A DNA stretch of 63,688 nucleotides, counting the filler, from Octopus bimaculoides (lineage: Eukaryota): NCBI RefSeq assembly GCF_001194135.2. It is 7 parts of 7 records of this genome, joined end to end, with 100 filler letters (N's around TTAATTAATTAA, not from the genome) between each part and the next. Parts side by side here need not be neighbours in the genome. Positions count along the whole stretch, not along the records: positions 1 to 24,388 come from NC_068989.1; 6 more parts are not named here. One strand, written 5' to 3'. Under the pieces are notes generated by a model. That model made no database searches and was not told where the DNA came from. It was given only the letters and a program-made list of their open reading frames with translations. Position numbers and translations under genes: made by a program. Positions 10,911 through 23,002 of this stretch are shown here, one piece after another. How positions within the stretch are numbered: the first letter of the stretch is position 1; each line of letters starts with the position of its first letter.

Positions 10911-12186
10911 AGATATGAGAAAGATAATTTATTTCATAAACTCCTAGAGTGTATTGCAAACTTTCATTCTTGAATTTTTTAAACTGATAAATGTCTGTTT
11001 TAAGCAATGTTTTGACTGTTATTTCTAGCAACTCCTGTTGATTTGCTCGTAGCTTTTAAATATTTAATTTGCTCGCGAATCTTTTAATGTTCTTCACTGT
11101 TTACTATAGCTAGTTTAATGTTTTGACATGTCAGTGCCCACGCTTTCTTGCTACTGTGACAGATGATAGAAGAGGCAGCGAACGCGCTGTTTTCTGATTG
11201 GCTGAAAATTCTGAAAATTATCAAACTTTGAACACCTGTAACATTTTCGCAAAATTTTTCTGGAATAAATGGATAGCAAAATTCGGATTCAGCGTCAAAA
11301 ATTACATGTATATGTTACACTTAAAATTTAAAAAAAATTTCGACATACTGTGACGATAATCACAAAGATCTCAAGGCAGTACCACAGCATGGTCAAAGTC
11401 CAGTAACTGAAACTAATAAAAGATATATCATATATACTTTTAGTATTCACTTATTGTGGAGAAGTGTTGTGGTAAGTATTGTCACTAACGTTAAACTAGT
11501 ACTCGGAACTAAATTAGTATAGTTTTATATGAAGTGTACGCACATAAAACTGGGGCGGTGGTGGAGCATGGAACAGTAGTAGTATGGAAAGAAGGTTGAA
11601 AAAGTGTTAGTAATAATAAAACGGGGTGACAGGTAAGAAGTTTGAGAAGTGCTGGTTATGGCCCTTAATTATTATTGATGGTACATTCTACCTCGCTGTA
11701 AATATGTACTATCACAGGCATCACACACTTTCTAAGACATGAATATAAAATATATAACGTCTAATTTCTTTCTAGTAAGTTGAAATCTACTTTTCGGTAG
11801 AAGTCAGCAGGATGCCAGTACTACTGGATTCTTCTGAAGAACTCAGGCCTAATGATATATTGGTCAGTAATATATTGGTCAGTACAAAGACAGTAGTATA
11901 TTGGTCAGTCATAGGGTGAGTTGTGAGTAATGCAATGTTGATAGTTAGGGAGTCAGTGTGCGGTAAATTTTGTGCAGTAGTTTCGACAGATGGTCTGGTA
12001 TTGGTAAAATTGTATCGAATGGTTGCCGTTATTGATCTGAGAGCCAGACATGTCAATTAGTAAATGACAGATCCCAGCAGGAAGAATTCAATCGATGTAT
12101 TGAGGTCGATATCCAAAACTATATTACAATATAGCAATGAATATGAGGCTTTTAAGATTGAAGGATAATTTTGTAAACACTCCTGT

Positions 12187-12187
<1 letters not shown>

Positions 12188-12228
<41 letters not shown>

Positions 12229-12283
12229 CTACCTACCTACCTACCTACCTACCTACCTACCTATCTATCTATCTATCTATCTA

Positions 12284-12318
<35 letters not shown>

Positions 12319-12330
12319 GCCTGCCTGCCT
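12188..12330. repeat. Compound microsatellite (CT)n-(ACCT)n-(ATCT)n-(GTCT)n-(GCCT)n
   Basis: Direct reading. Confidence 0.95.
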
Positions 12331-12393
12331 ATCTGTCTGTCTATTTATCCACATACACACATATATGCACATACACACAGCACACAAATATGT

Positions 12394-12429
<36 letters not shown>

Positions 12430-13075
12430 ATGCATACTTGTATACATAATACATGAACTTATGCACGTACGTACATATATATTAATATATATTCACCCAT
12501 ATCCAAGTATTTCNNNNNNNNNNNNNNNNNNNNNNNNNNNNNNNNNNNNNNNNNNNNNNNNNNNNNNNNNNNNNNNNNNNNNNNNNNNNNNNNNNNNNNN
12601 NNNNNNNNNNNNNNNNNNNNNNNNNNNNNNNNNNNNNNNNNNNNNNNNNNNNNNNNNNNNNNNNNNNNNNNNNNNNNNNNNNNNNNNNNNNNNNNNNNNN
12701 NNNNNNNNNNNNNNNNNNNNNNNNNNNNNNNNNNNNNNNNNNNNNNNNNNNNNNNNNNNNNNNNNNNNNNNNNNNNNNNNNNNNNNNNNNNNNNNNNNNN
12801 NNNNNNNNNNNNNNNNNNNNNNNNNNNNNNNNNNNNNNNNNNNNNNNNNNNNNNNNNNNNNNNNNNNNNNNNNNNNNNNNNNNNNNNNNNNNNNNNNNNN
12901 NNNNNNNNNNNNNNNNNNNNNNNNNNNNNNNNNNNNNNNNNNNNNNNNNNNNNNNNNNNNNNNNNNNNNNNNNNNNNNNNNNNNNNNNNNNNNNNNNNNN
13001 NNNNNNNNNNNNNNNNNNNNNNNNNNNNNNNNNNNNNNNNNNNNNNNNNNNNNNNNNNNNNNNNNNNNNNNNNNN

Positions 13076-13407
13076 CGCGGTTTCGATTCCCAGACCGGGC
13101 ATTGTGAGTGTTTATTGAGTGAAAGCACCTAAAGCTCCACGAGGCTCCGGCAGGGGATGGTGGCGAACCCTGCTGTACTCTTTCACCACAACTTTCTCTC
13201 ACTCTTACTTCCTGTTTCTGTTGTGCCTGTAATTCAAAGGGTCAGCCTCGTCACACTGTGTCACACTGAATCTCCCCGGGAACTACGTTAAGGGTACGCG
13301 TGTCTGTGGAGTGCTCAGCCACTTGCACGTTAATTTCACGAGCAGGCTGTTCCGTTGATCGGATCAACTGGAACCCTCGACGTCGTAAGCGACGGAGTGC
13401 CAACAAC
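13076..13407 (+). mobile_element. SINE family C, near full length
   Basis: B-box GGTTTCGATTCC, same body as 1-272, 3' stem-loop CGTCG-TAAG-CGACG (13381-13394) and a CAACAAC tail. Confidence 0.8.
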
Positions 13408-13519
13408 GGTGTACGAGAACATTTGATACCAGTGGTATGTACTGAGGAGAGGCCAATTCATATCTGCAAAGACATAGGACAACTGTATCATTCGTGCCAA
13501 GCAGTTACATAACAAAGTT

Positions 13520-14167
13520 AAAAACCCTCACGGATATGGCATGCTATGGTTCTTCTTGAATGTGAAAATCTTTGACCAAAACCAAAAGTCTAACTGTAGA
13601 AATGATAAATTGTTATGTGTAGATCCTTTTGGTTTCCGGGTGTGATGCACAGTAAATTCCCAGCAACTGTGATGCTTTTCAGAGTGGTGAATAACGAACG
13701 TCATGTCATGCCACTTCACATCTTTCCACAGGATTTTATACTTGATGTTGGATACGTTGAAGTGCTGGAGACAGTTGCTAAGCCGTGGATGGATGAAGTA
13801 CGCAGTTGAAGGCCATACATATTTCAACCACGACTCGGTGCCTTCTCACAAAGTCCATCTAACCGAAGATGGATATCAGCCAGCCTTTATGATCATGTAA
13901 CGCTAAATTCGCGGCCTCCAAACTCGCCATATTTTAATCACATGGATACAACGTTTGTAGTATTGTTGAAAAAGAAACTAATTAATATTCTCATTGAAGG
14001 ACATCATAATATTCTCATCATAATATTCTCATCATAATATTCTCATTCCGGACATCACCTGTTGCCCAGGTGATGTCCGGAATGAATAGGGACCATATAG
14101 CTCAGGCATGTTGATTCTGGTCCCGCATTCAAGTACTCATCGAAGCTGAAGGCAGTTTCATAGAATA
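13520..14167 (+). mobile_element. DD37D (maT) transposase pseudogene
   Basis: WFFLNVKIFDQNQKSN..KFPATVM..VMPLHIFP..VAKPWMDEV..RPYIFQ..DSVPSH..RPPNSPYFNHMD (37-residue spacing)..MNRDHIAQAC..IEAEGSFIE*. Confidence 0.85.
14043..14085. repeat. Perfect 19-bp inverted repeat with 5-nt loop
   Basis: TCATTCCGGACATCACCTG ttgcc CAGGTGATGTCCGGAATGA. Confidence 0.95.
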
Positions 14168-14626
14168 ATATATCAGGTCATCCCATAAGTTCTGTCCGAT
14201 TTTACCTTTTTTAATATGTATATGTAAACATACAGGTAAACACAAAAATACATGTACATGTGTAAGTCGTCTAAGAGTCCATAAGTCAAGGAAAGGATGT
14301 ACTCGTATATCTGCCAATAGAGTGGGTATATTATCCGAAAAGTTCAGTATTATATGTCCATCGCGGCAAACCCAATGTGTCCATTCACCTCCGATAATAG
14401 AGAGTAGTCACCACATTCCTTTCCATATCGGTTAACTCTGATGAGCGTAAAGTTATATAATTGGATTGTTACCGAACACTCCGTTGTATTCCTAGCGCGA
14501 AAAACCTATTGGTGTTTTCTCTTTAAGAAGAAAGAAAAAAACCCCAACATTTTACGAGATCAGCTATGGTCGACATATAATACTGTACTTTTCGGATAAT
14601 ATACATATACATGCACACACACACGT

Positions 14627-14663
<37 letters not shown>

Positions 14664-15804
14664 TATATATATATATATATATATATACATACATGTACAT
14701 ACACATACATATNNNNNNNNNNNNNNNNNNNNNNNNNNNNNNNNNNNNNNNNNNNNNNNNNNNNNNNNNNNNNNNNNNNNNNNNNNNNNNNNNNNNNNNN
14801 NNNNNNNNNNNNNNNNNNNNNNNNNNNNNNNNNNNNNNNNNNNNNNNNNNNNNNNNNNNNNNNNNNNNNNNNNNNNNNNNNNNNNNNNNNNNNNNNNNNN
14901 NNNNNNNNNNNNNNNNNNNNNNNNNNNNNNNNNNNNNNNNNNNNNNNNNNNNNNNNNNNNNNNNNNNNNNNNNNNNNNNNNNNNNNNNNNNNNNNNNNNN
15001 NNNNNNNNNNNNNNNNNNNNNNNNNNNNNNNNNNNNNNNNNNNNNNNNNNNNNNNNNNNNNNNNNNNNNNNNNNNNNNNNNNNNNNNNNNNNNNNNNNNN
15101 NNNNNNNNNNNNNNNNNNNNNNNNNNNNNNNNNNNNNNNNNNNNNNNNNNNNNNNNNNNNNNNNNNNNNNNNNNNNNNNNNNNNNNNNNNNNNNNNNNNN
15201 NNNNNNNNNNNNNNNNNNNNNNNNNNNNNNNNNNNNNNNNNNNNNNNNNNNNNNNNNNNNNNNNNNNNNNNNNNNNNNNNNNNNNNNNNNNNNNNNNNNN
15301 NNNNNNNNNNNNNNNNNNNNNNNNNNNNNNNNNNNNNNNNNNNNNNNNNNNNNNNNNNNNNNNNNNNNNNNNNNNNNNNNNNNNNNNNNNNNNNNNNNNN
15401 NNNNNNNNNNNNNNNNNNNNNNNNNNNNNNNNNNNNNNNNNNNNNNNNNNNNNNNNNNNNNNNNNNNNNNNNNNNNNNNNNNNNNNNNNNNNNNNNNNNN
15501 NNNNNNNNNNNNNNNNNNNNNNNNNNNNNNNNNNNNNNNNNNNNNNNNNNNNNNNNNNNNNNNNNNNNNNNNNNNNNNNNNNNNNNNNNNNNNNNNNNNN
15601 NNNNNNNNNNNNNNNNNNNNNNNNNNNNNNNNNNNNNNNNNNNNNNNNNNNNNNNNNNNAAGTCAGAAGAAAAAAGCGAAAATGCACATTGAATATAAAA
15701 AAAATAAAGGCTTTTTTTAATGAAAAGTAGCGATAAATAAATTCAATTAGATAAACTGAGATAGAATTAAGAGGAATTGAATTCATTATTTTGAATTGTT
15801 AAAG

Positions 15805-15869
15805 AGATTCGAAGTCAAACCGGCATTCAAAGCCAGTGAACAGCAATGACGATACCGGTTTGACTTTGA

Positions 15870-15873
<4 letters not shown>
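15805..15873. repeat. 19-bp inverted repeat (one G:U) with 31-nt spacer
   Basis: AGATTCGAAGTCAAACCGG ... CCGGTTTGACTTTGAATCT. Confidence 0.9.
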
Positions 15874-15933
<60 letters not shown>

Positions 15934-17170
15934 GCGTTGAAGCGTTTACTTCGTCCCTTTTCCCCACCCGATTAATTAGGCACTTGCATACCCAACATTC
16001 GGGCTACTTTCTTCCATCTTCTTTCGTACTTTTTGACGTCAGGCATTTCTTCTCCAGACATGCTTCCCCTCTTAGGTGATATAAAAAGAAGTTAACCAAA
16101 GCATACCCGGAGACGAAGGTATCTGATGCGATACCACGTCCACGCGTCTTCCATATCACCTCTTTCGCTTTAGCTGTTATGGCTAGAAATAAGAATTTCT
16201 CTTCTCTTTTTAGAGGAGACAGCGGAACGATCTTAATAATCGATTCGGCTCTCAGCTGTACTCTCCCCAGCTGTGACAGTACCCGTTCTGTAGAAACCAA
16301 CAGGTCCGAGAGACTCGGATACTGTACGATTGCATGCAGAACAGTTTTGTTGCTCTTCCCGCAACGTGGGCACGTAGGCGAAACTGTGACGCCGAGCCTC
16401 ACGAGTTTCTCCCGAACTGGCAAGGCACTTCGGAAGTACAGCCAAGCCAGGGGCCTCTGGAAATTGTCCATAGGTCCCGGACCGAAAGTTCTTCGATGCA
16501 GGTTGGCAAGCTGACTTTCATCGAAACCCAGAGTCTCTCCCAGGCTGTCATCACTCTTGCCCTCTACTAGCCCTTTATAGTACGCCGAGGTGGTACCACC
16601 TCCGCCGGCATTACTCGTTTGGGAGAGAAGCCTGAGCACATATCGACGCTCAGCCTGCCAAGCTCCCAACCTTGGTCTACGGCTGATCCAGCTTTCCAGT
16701 CCACCAAAAGAAGTGAACCTGGGAAATATCTCATCAACGAACGGAGACCACATCTGCTCACCGTCATGGTAGAGCCAGAGATGCTTCAAGTTCAGCACAT
16801 GCCTGCGCATCTTTAGCCACGGCATCCCTAACCCACCCTTTAGCGTCTGTTGGCAGTAGATAGAGCATCTTTCAAGAGGCCGCCTGTTCTCCCACAAGAA
16901 GTGAAAGAGCATGCGTTCCAACTTATTTAGATACGAATCGGGGCACGGCACGACGGTTAGGCGATAGGTAATGACAGATGCGATAAACACATTTTCCACC
17001 TCCGCCTTCCCTTTCAGGAATAGCCTTCCCTTTCAGGAATAGCCTTCCCTTTCAGGAATAGCCTCCGCCTTCCCTTTCAGGAATAGCCTCCGCCCAGATC
17101 AGATCTGAGCACGATCTACCTTACTTACTCAGACCGCTACTATTTATATGTAGTGGTCCAGTCCATTCTC
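15874..17170 (-). mobile_element. Tx1/L1-like LINE, 5'-truncated ORF2 C-terminus with (AGAT)n tail
   Basis: GRRLFLKGKAEVENVFIASVITYRL..LFHFLWENRRPL..GGLGMPWL..ALPVREKL..CPRCGKSNKTVLHA (zf-RVT-like); short 3' UTR then (AGAT)n at 15874-15932. Confidence 0.85.
16999..17092. repeat. Four copies of a 19-bp unit (19/25-bp periods) inside the LINE ORF2
   Basis: CCTTCCCTTTCAGGAATAG at 17005, 17024, 17043 and 17068, with CCTCCG at 16999, 17062 and 17087. Confidence 0.9.
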
Positions 17171-17545
17171 GCCAGGAGACGTCGCATACTCGCACAACAC
17201 TATACAACACAGTATTTAAACCTATTTCAGCTGATTTTACCAATCGCTTTCGTACACGAGAGTTTGGGAAAAACCAGACTTTGCACTCACGAAGAGGAAC
17301 AGTATAGTGCGGGCTCTCAGGATTTTGCCTCCAGTGGCAAAAAGCAGCCTTCTACTTTTCCTACCAGACCTTCTGATGAGTGTTAAGACAGGTTTTCTTG
17401 AACTGTCGTGTGCGAAACTGACAGTTTGCGATCGACTGAAATGTGTCTATAATACTGTTTTGCAGAAATAATAAATATACCCATTCTATTGATGAATATA
17501 CGAGTACTTACTTTTCTCTGACTCATGGATTCTCTCTGTCTCAGT

Positions 17546-17579
<34 letters not shown>

Positions 17580-17916
17580 CTATATATTTATATATGTATA
17601 TGTACATAAATCTTTAGTTAAATATATTCAATGAGAATATTATATACTGAATTTATATTGAGTGCTCTATTGTACCAACGTATTAATACTATTAAAGTAT
17701 TTATGTATTTAATACTTGCGATTATATATATTTTATAATATATTATTATTAATATCAGGAAATCAATATTAGAAAATTCTTCAGAAAGATGTACACGTAT
17801 GTAAAATAAATGTTGTATTAAAAATATAAATATATAAAGATATATGTAAATATGCATAAGTATAAATATATAATAATAAATAGGACAGTTTAAAAGTTTT
17901 GAATTAAGTTTTAAAG

Positions 17917-18008
17917 CATCTTACGATCGTTTCGCAGGAGTGCTGTCCCTATAATGGAATCCTATATTGATAAGTATTTATAGATAACTCTTCTGCCCTT
18001 CAGAGATA
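17917..18008 (-). ncRNA. Type I hammerhead-like motif with about 63-nt stem II
   Basis: Minus strand: TATCT CTGAAGG GCAG..(55 nt)..CTGC GAAAC gatc GTA AGATG; the sister repeat at 18317-18323 carries the canonical CTGAGGA. Confidence 0.6.
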
Positions 18009-18590
18009 TAAACTTTGAATTTTGTATAATTTGTCGAATGGTAGTTTTTCAAAAATATGAAGTAACATGATAAAATGGTGTTTGTTTGAAATATAAATTA
18101 AAGATTAAAAATTACTGCTTTTGATTTTGGTAAGTACACTTTAGTATGAGAGATTTTAATCCATATATTCTTCCTTGGTTGGTCTTCTGTAATAATCCAT
18201 AATAGTTATGTGTAAAATCCATTATATTATCCTGTATTCAAAATATAGTTCATAGACTTAGATAATATAGAATAATGGAATCCTATATTGATAAGCATTT
18301 ATAGATAACTCTTCTGCTCCTCAGAAATATCAAATGTGAAATTTGTATAAGTTAACGAATGGTAGTTTAAAAAAAAATTATGAAGTAATATGGGAAAATG
18401 GTGTTTGTTTGAAATATAAATTAAAAATTACTGCTTTTGATTTTGGTAAGTACACTTTAGTATGAGAATCTTGAAATTCAGATATACCTCCTTGGTAATT
18501 CTTCTGTAGTAATCCATAATAATTATGTATAAAATCCATTACATTGTCCTGTATTCCAAATATAGTTCATAGACTTAAATAATATAAAAT
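17951..18590 (-). repeat. 321-bp tandem duplication (pLTR- or retrozyme-like)
   Basis: Units start ATAATGGAATCCTATATTGATAAG at 17951 and 18272; about 80% identical by eye. Confidence 0.9.
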
Positions 18591-18779
18591 AAAATTATGT
18601 GAAATTATATGTGAAATATAAACTTCGAAGTATGGAATTGATTGGCCCTTTTATACCTTTTCATAGTGTATTGCACAAGTGCATCCAAATGAGAATGCAT
18701 TTCTGTAGTTAGACGATTTGGTGTCTACTTTCAGCATGTAAGGAAACCACTTGGTGGCTTTCCTCTTATATCTGAACCT

Positions 18780-18975
18780 CGTGGGCATCGGTACCATTTT
18801 CCTCTTTCTCCGTTCTTCCATTCTCCGAACTTTCCATCTTTCCGACGAAGGGCTACGCCCGAAACGTCATACACTCTTTCTTTCCTTTCCTGAGCGTCCA
18901 ATAATACTATCCATATCACGTCCTCACTTTGTTGCTTTTTTGTTATTGTTTTTTTTAAACTATATATATATATAT
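18780..18975 (+). mobile_element. Penelope pLTR-like repeat with degenerate minimal hammerhead
   Basis: CCGACGA A GGGC TAC GCCC GAAACGTC at 18842-18868; the downstream part recurs inverted at 31016-31099. Confidence 0.5.
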
Positions 18976-20169
18976 ATCATTCATCAGAGCTACTAGTAAC
19001 ATGTACTCTGGTACAACCTGTTGCATAGTCGGGACAACAGTGTCCAAAGTCCTCCAGTACAGGCATAGAGACTCAATAGAAGATTAGAAACGCAGAACAT
19101 TCCTGGGAAGATCCTGTCTACAGCAACCAATTGCATATAAAATATTCTCACCACTCGAGTAGAATGACAATTAGCCCGCCTCTCACCTTAATTAACAGGA
19201 ATAACAAGCAGAGAAAAAGTTGTCCCGTTTTACACCTGCCCCTGGAAGGAATTGCTTTTCATTCTCTTGCTACCCCGCGTCAGGATGTCTTATGTTATTA
19301 ATGTTTTTCAGACAGTTATATGTCGCCCAATTTCCTTGGTATAACTTTTAAATTTGTTTAGTTTTGTCAAAGACAGAAATGAATATTAGCTTTTTGTGTG
19401 ATTGTCGTTTGTGTGAGTATGCGTGCATGTGTGTATGCGTATTTCTCTCTCTCTTTCTATGTATTTGCATATGTTTGCGATTTGAACTGTCAGAGTTGAG
19501 TTGAGGTGATAATGTCTTTATCTCCAGTCTTCCATTTCTCTTGGGGGGGTTTCACTGTCAAAATAAATTAATTTACAAATGCATTTTAATTATTAGTTGT
19601 TTTCTAACAAGTTTTGTAGTTCATTATATTTTTATATTCTCTTTCTCTTCTTCAAACAAAAATCCAACAATATAGTTTAATGACTTTTTCTCACATGGAG
19701 TGCCTAATCATCAAATCTTTCCACATCTATCATAAATTATGCCTAGCAGTTCTTTTTAGTATTGTTGGGTGTTAAAATTATCAATGACTTGCATATAATC
19801 TGGTGAATTCCAATATTCTTTAACACACCATAGTTCGCTTTATAATTATTATTTAGAGTTGCTAACATGCCGTGGTAATAAAGATCAGAATTTCGGATCT
19901 CACTATTAGCGTGACGTTGTATTTCTGGTAAAAATATACGTAAGTACAACACCCCAACTGGAAATGGTGGAAACTGTGTATAATTAAGGGGTTCAGTTCA
20001 AACCTTTTTGTGTTCATTTCAAATCGTCCAACGAGCAGAAAGAAATCTATGGTTATTCCCAGCTGGACTTAATATCATTTCGGGATCTCTACTCATTTTA
20101 GGTTGACTCCTTTCACCCCTGTTATTTTTTTTGGTCATCAACTTTGTCATGCGGTGAGCCATAAATGAA

Positions 20170-20800
20170 CAATCTGCCGATTGAGTTTACATCAGACCTA
20201 TATAAAACACTGCATGTTGTACGAATTCAAAAATGGCTCTTTAGCTCTGGAAGCGGCAAGAAACAGTCATTCAGTCGATAGGAATAAAGCTTTAAGTGTT
20301 TGGACGCGCCAACGATGGTTTGGAGAGTTTCGATCAAAACATTTTTCTTACTCAAATTTCCCTCGATGTGTACGGCCATGTTTGTCAATAATGAGCGTCT
20401 GAAAACCGTACTTGAAGAAAATCCAAAGCAAGCTGTACGAGAATTAGCAGAACAGTTCAATTCAAGTTACATGTCGATCATAAGACATCTTCGTGAACTA
20501 GGAAAATGTCTAAACTTAATCAGTGTCTCTCACCACCTGGCTGCATAATCAAAGAGTTGCCCTCTGCTCGGCATTGAAAAGTAAACTTGCTACTTTTCAT
20601 CACAACTGACAAAAAGTGGGTCCTCTATAATCTTGTCCAACGAAAGGTGAGAATAGTTAGCGCCTGATGAAAAAGGGGAATCCATCCCCAAGCCAGGAAT
20701 CCACTCGAAAAATGTTATGTTCTGTGTTTTGTGGGAAATGAGAAGTGTCGTCTATCGTAAAGTGTTAAACTAGAACGAAACAATCAAGGGTTGATGTTTA
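20170..20800 (+). mobile_element. mariner (DD34D-type) transposase pseudogene, N-terminal two-thirds
   Basis: HCMLYEFKNG..QRWFGEFRS..LEENPKQAVRELAEQF..IIRHLRELGK..ITTDKKWVLY..KPGIHSKNVMFCVLW. Confidence 0.85.
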
Positions 20801-20949
20801 CTCAGGTCATGTATAATTTCATTCGTGGATTCATGTTTGTTCTGAGAAATTTCCAGGTGTTCAATAATTACAGGTGAGTTGTACTCACACAAACGTACTC
20901 ATATTTGTGGAGAATAAATAAAATGATATGCAATTGTTCTTTGCTTAGG

Positions 20950-21058
20950 CGCTGGGATATTAACTTTGAAGAGGAAGGAGTAAGTTGAGACTATCGATCC
21001 CAGTAATTAACTGGTACTTTACTTTTATTGATCTTGAAGGATGAAAAGCAAAGTTGGC
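20950..21058 (-). mobile_element. SINE family B, 3' fragment
   Basis: Reverse complement of the GCTTTTCATCCTTC..AAGTACCAGTT..CTGGGATCGAT body. Confidence 0.6.
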
Positions 21059-22050
21059 TAATTAATTTGTGCATATATTGTAATTTTTCTGGTAGGCCTT
21101 CACTGCACTTGTTAGTCTTAATACTTTACGGAATTTAGGGAATATGGAAGATTTTTCTCGGAATTGATCTGTTTTCTTTTTGTTTTTGTCTGTTGAAATT
21201 TCGAAGAGTAAAAAGACGATCGTATCGACATAAACCACCGAAAATAAAAGAGAATCTCTCATGAAATAATTGTAATATAATTCCTCCAGGCCACAATGTT
21301 TTGGTTCCATCAGAGAGCTTTCGAAAATTCTTGATGTTTTCGAAACTTAACGTTTTATTATGATGAATGACGAATAAATCGTTTTAGAAAGGTTGAAGAC
21401 GAGGATTAGCAGGTGGATATTAAGTAGCTTTTACCTCATGATTATTTTTCAAAGAAATACATCTCCTATTGAATCTCTTTAATGAAGTTTTCTGCATTGT
21501 GGATCAAGAGATATCGAGAAAGACACTTGAATTGGTTACATTTTGTTCAGCATCAAATTAGTTAAATAATGGTCGAGCAGTGAAGTAAAAACTGTATTAG
21601 TGTTAAGGTTGTTAAGTGGCCAGTAACAACAAACACTTACTGATAAAGGGCATACTGGTATAAGAGTGAAATTTATTATATGTAAGAATTAACGGCGGCT
21701 TCAAGTTTCGCTTATGATGGCGTCTTCAAATAGCAAGCAAAATAGAGTATACATACATTTATACATGCAAAATTCTATAAAACGTATGAATGCCTAGAAA
21801 TTTATTTGAGATGAATTTAATAATTTTGGCCTGTTGTTAGATTGTGGGGGTAAATTAAAATCTAGTTTTTGAAGTTGAAGAAGTTTTCAAATAGATGTAT
21901 AAAAGGGAATAGAAAATCCTATAAATAGTGGTTTATTCGGTGTAAGGAGAATAACGTTGCATTCTCATACTATGATAAACCTAACACTACATTCAGTAGT
22001 GAGTCTTTCATTCAACAGACGTTTGTTTTTAACACTTAACAACCATAACA

Positions 22051-22083
<33 letters not shown>

Positions 22084-22961
22084 TATGCACACACACACAC
22101 ACACANNNNNNNNNNNNNNNNNNNNNNNNNNNNNNNNNNNNNNNNNNNNNNNNNNNNNNNNNNNNNNNNNNNNNNNNNNNNNNNNNNNNNNNNNNNNNNN
22201 NNNNNNNNNNNNNNNNNNNNNNNNNNNNNNNNNNNNNNNNNNNNNNNNNNNNNNNNNNNNNNNNTATATATGTATATATATATATATTTGTATGTATGTG
22301 TGTGTGTAATTATATTTATATATACGTACATAGATACATACATATATACCAATATATCTATATTTCTATGCGCGCGCACGCGCACACACACAGAGTTACA
22401 ATAAGTAGATTCTATTCAGATTTCAAAAATGAAGTATTAGATTCTGCAAACATAGGTGGAAGATTAAAAAGTGCTGCAATAAACACATTAACCAACATTT
22501 TAAAGTTTTTTTTTCCCTATGAACATCGACAATAGAAAGTAGTTGAACATTGTATATTTGGCTGTTACTGTGGGCAGAAAACAAAAAATAAAATGGGAAT
22601 CCGAACTGGAACAAAATCCTGTTGAATAATCACGTCTGTAGAAGATAAAGGCACTGAAATTTACAAACAATTTCCTGAATAATTCTGCGATAAAATCAAT
22701 TCAATGGTTCATTACTCTGATAGTAGAAAGATCATGAAGAAACAAAAAAATTCGGATTGAGAAAAAGAGAAAGACCGAAAAAGCGATCGATTCATCGATC
22801 AGTTGATAGATATTTTCCAACTGACACTCAAAACTCTTTTATTTAAGATATTGATGTAATCTATTATTTATTCGATACTCGACCACCAAGCTTCGTTATT
22901 GTTATTGTCCAAACACACTGAGTATAAACCACGATTTAAATAAAAGTAAGGATATTTAATA

Positions 22962-23002
<41 letters not shown>

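Noticed and set aside
11787-12056. Thr-rich 89-aa ORF on the minus strand
   Set aside because: Driven by short TATATTGGTCAGT repeats; no recognisable domain or splice context.
14170-14205. mariner-like left TIR (TA|TCAGGTCATCCCATAAGTTCTGTCCG)
   Set aside because: No partner TIR or transposase sequence identified, so it is too weak to list as a feature.
19560-19952. Protein-like minus-strand frames (LKNIGIHQIICKSL; KELLGIIYDRC)
   Set aside because: Interrupted by stops and not assignable to any family by eye; needs a TBLASTX search.
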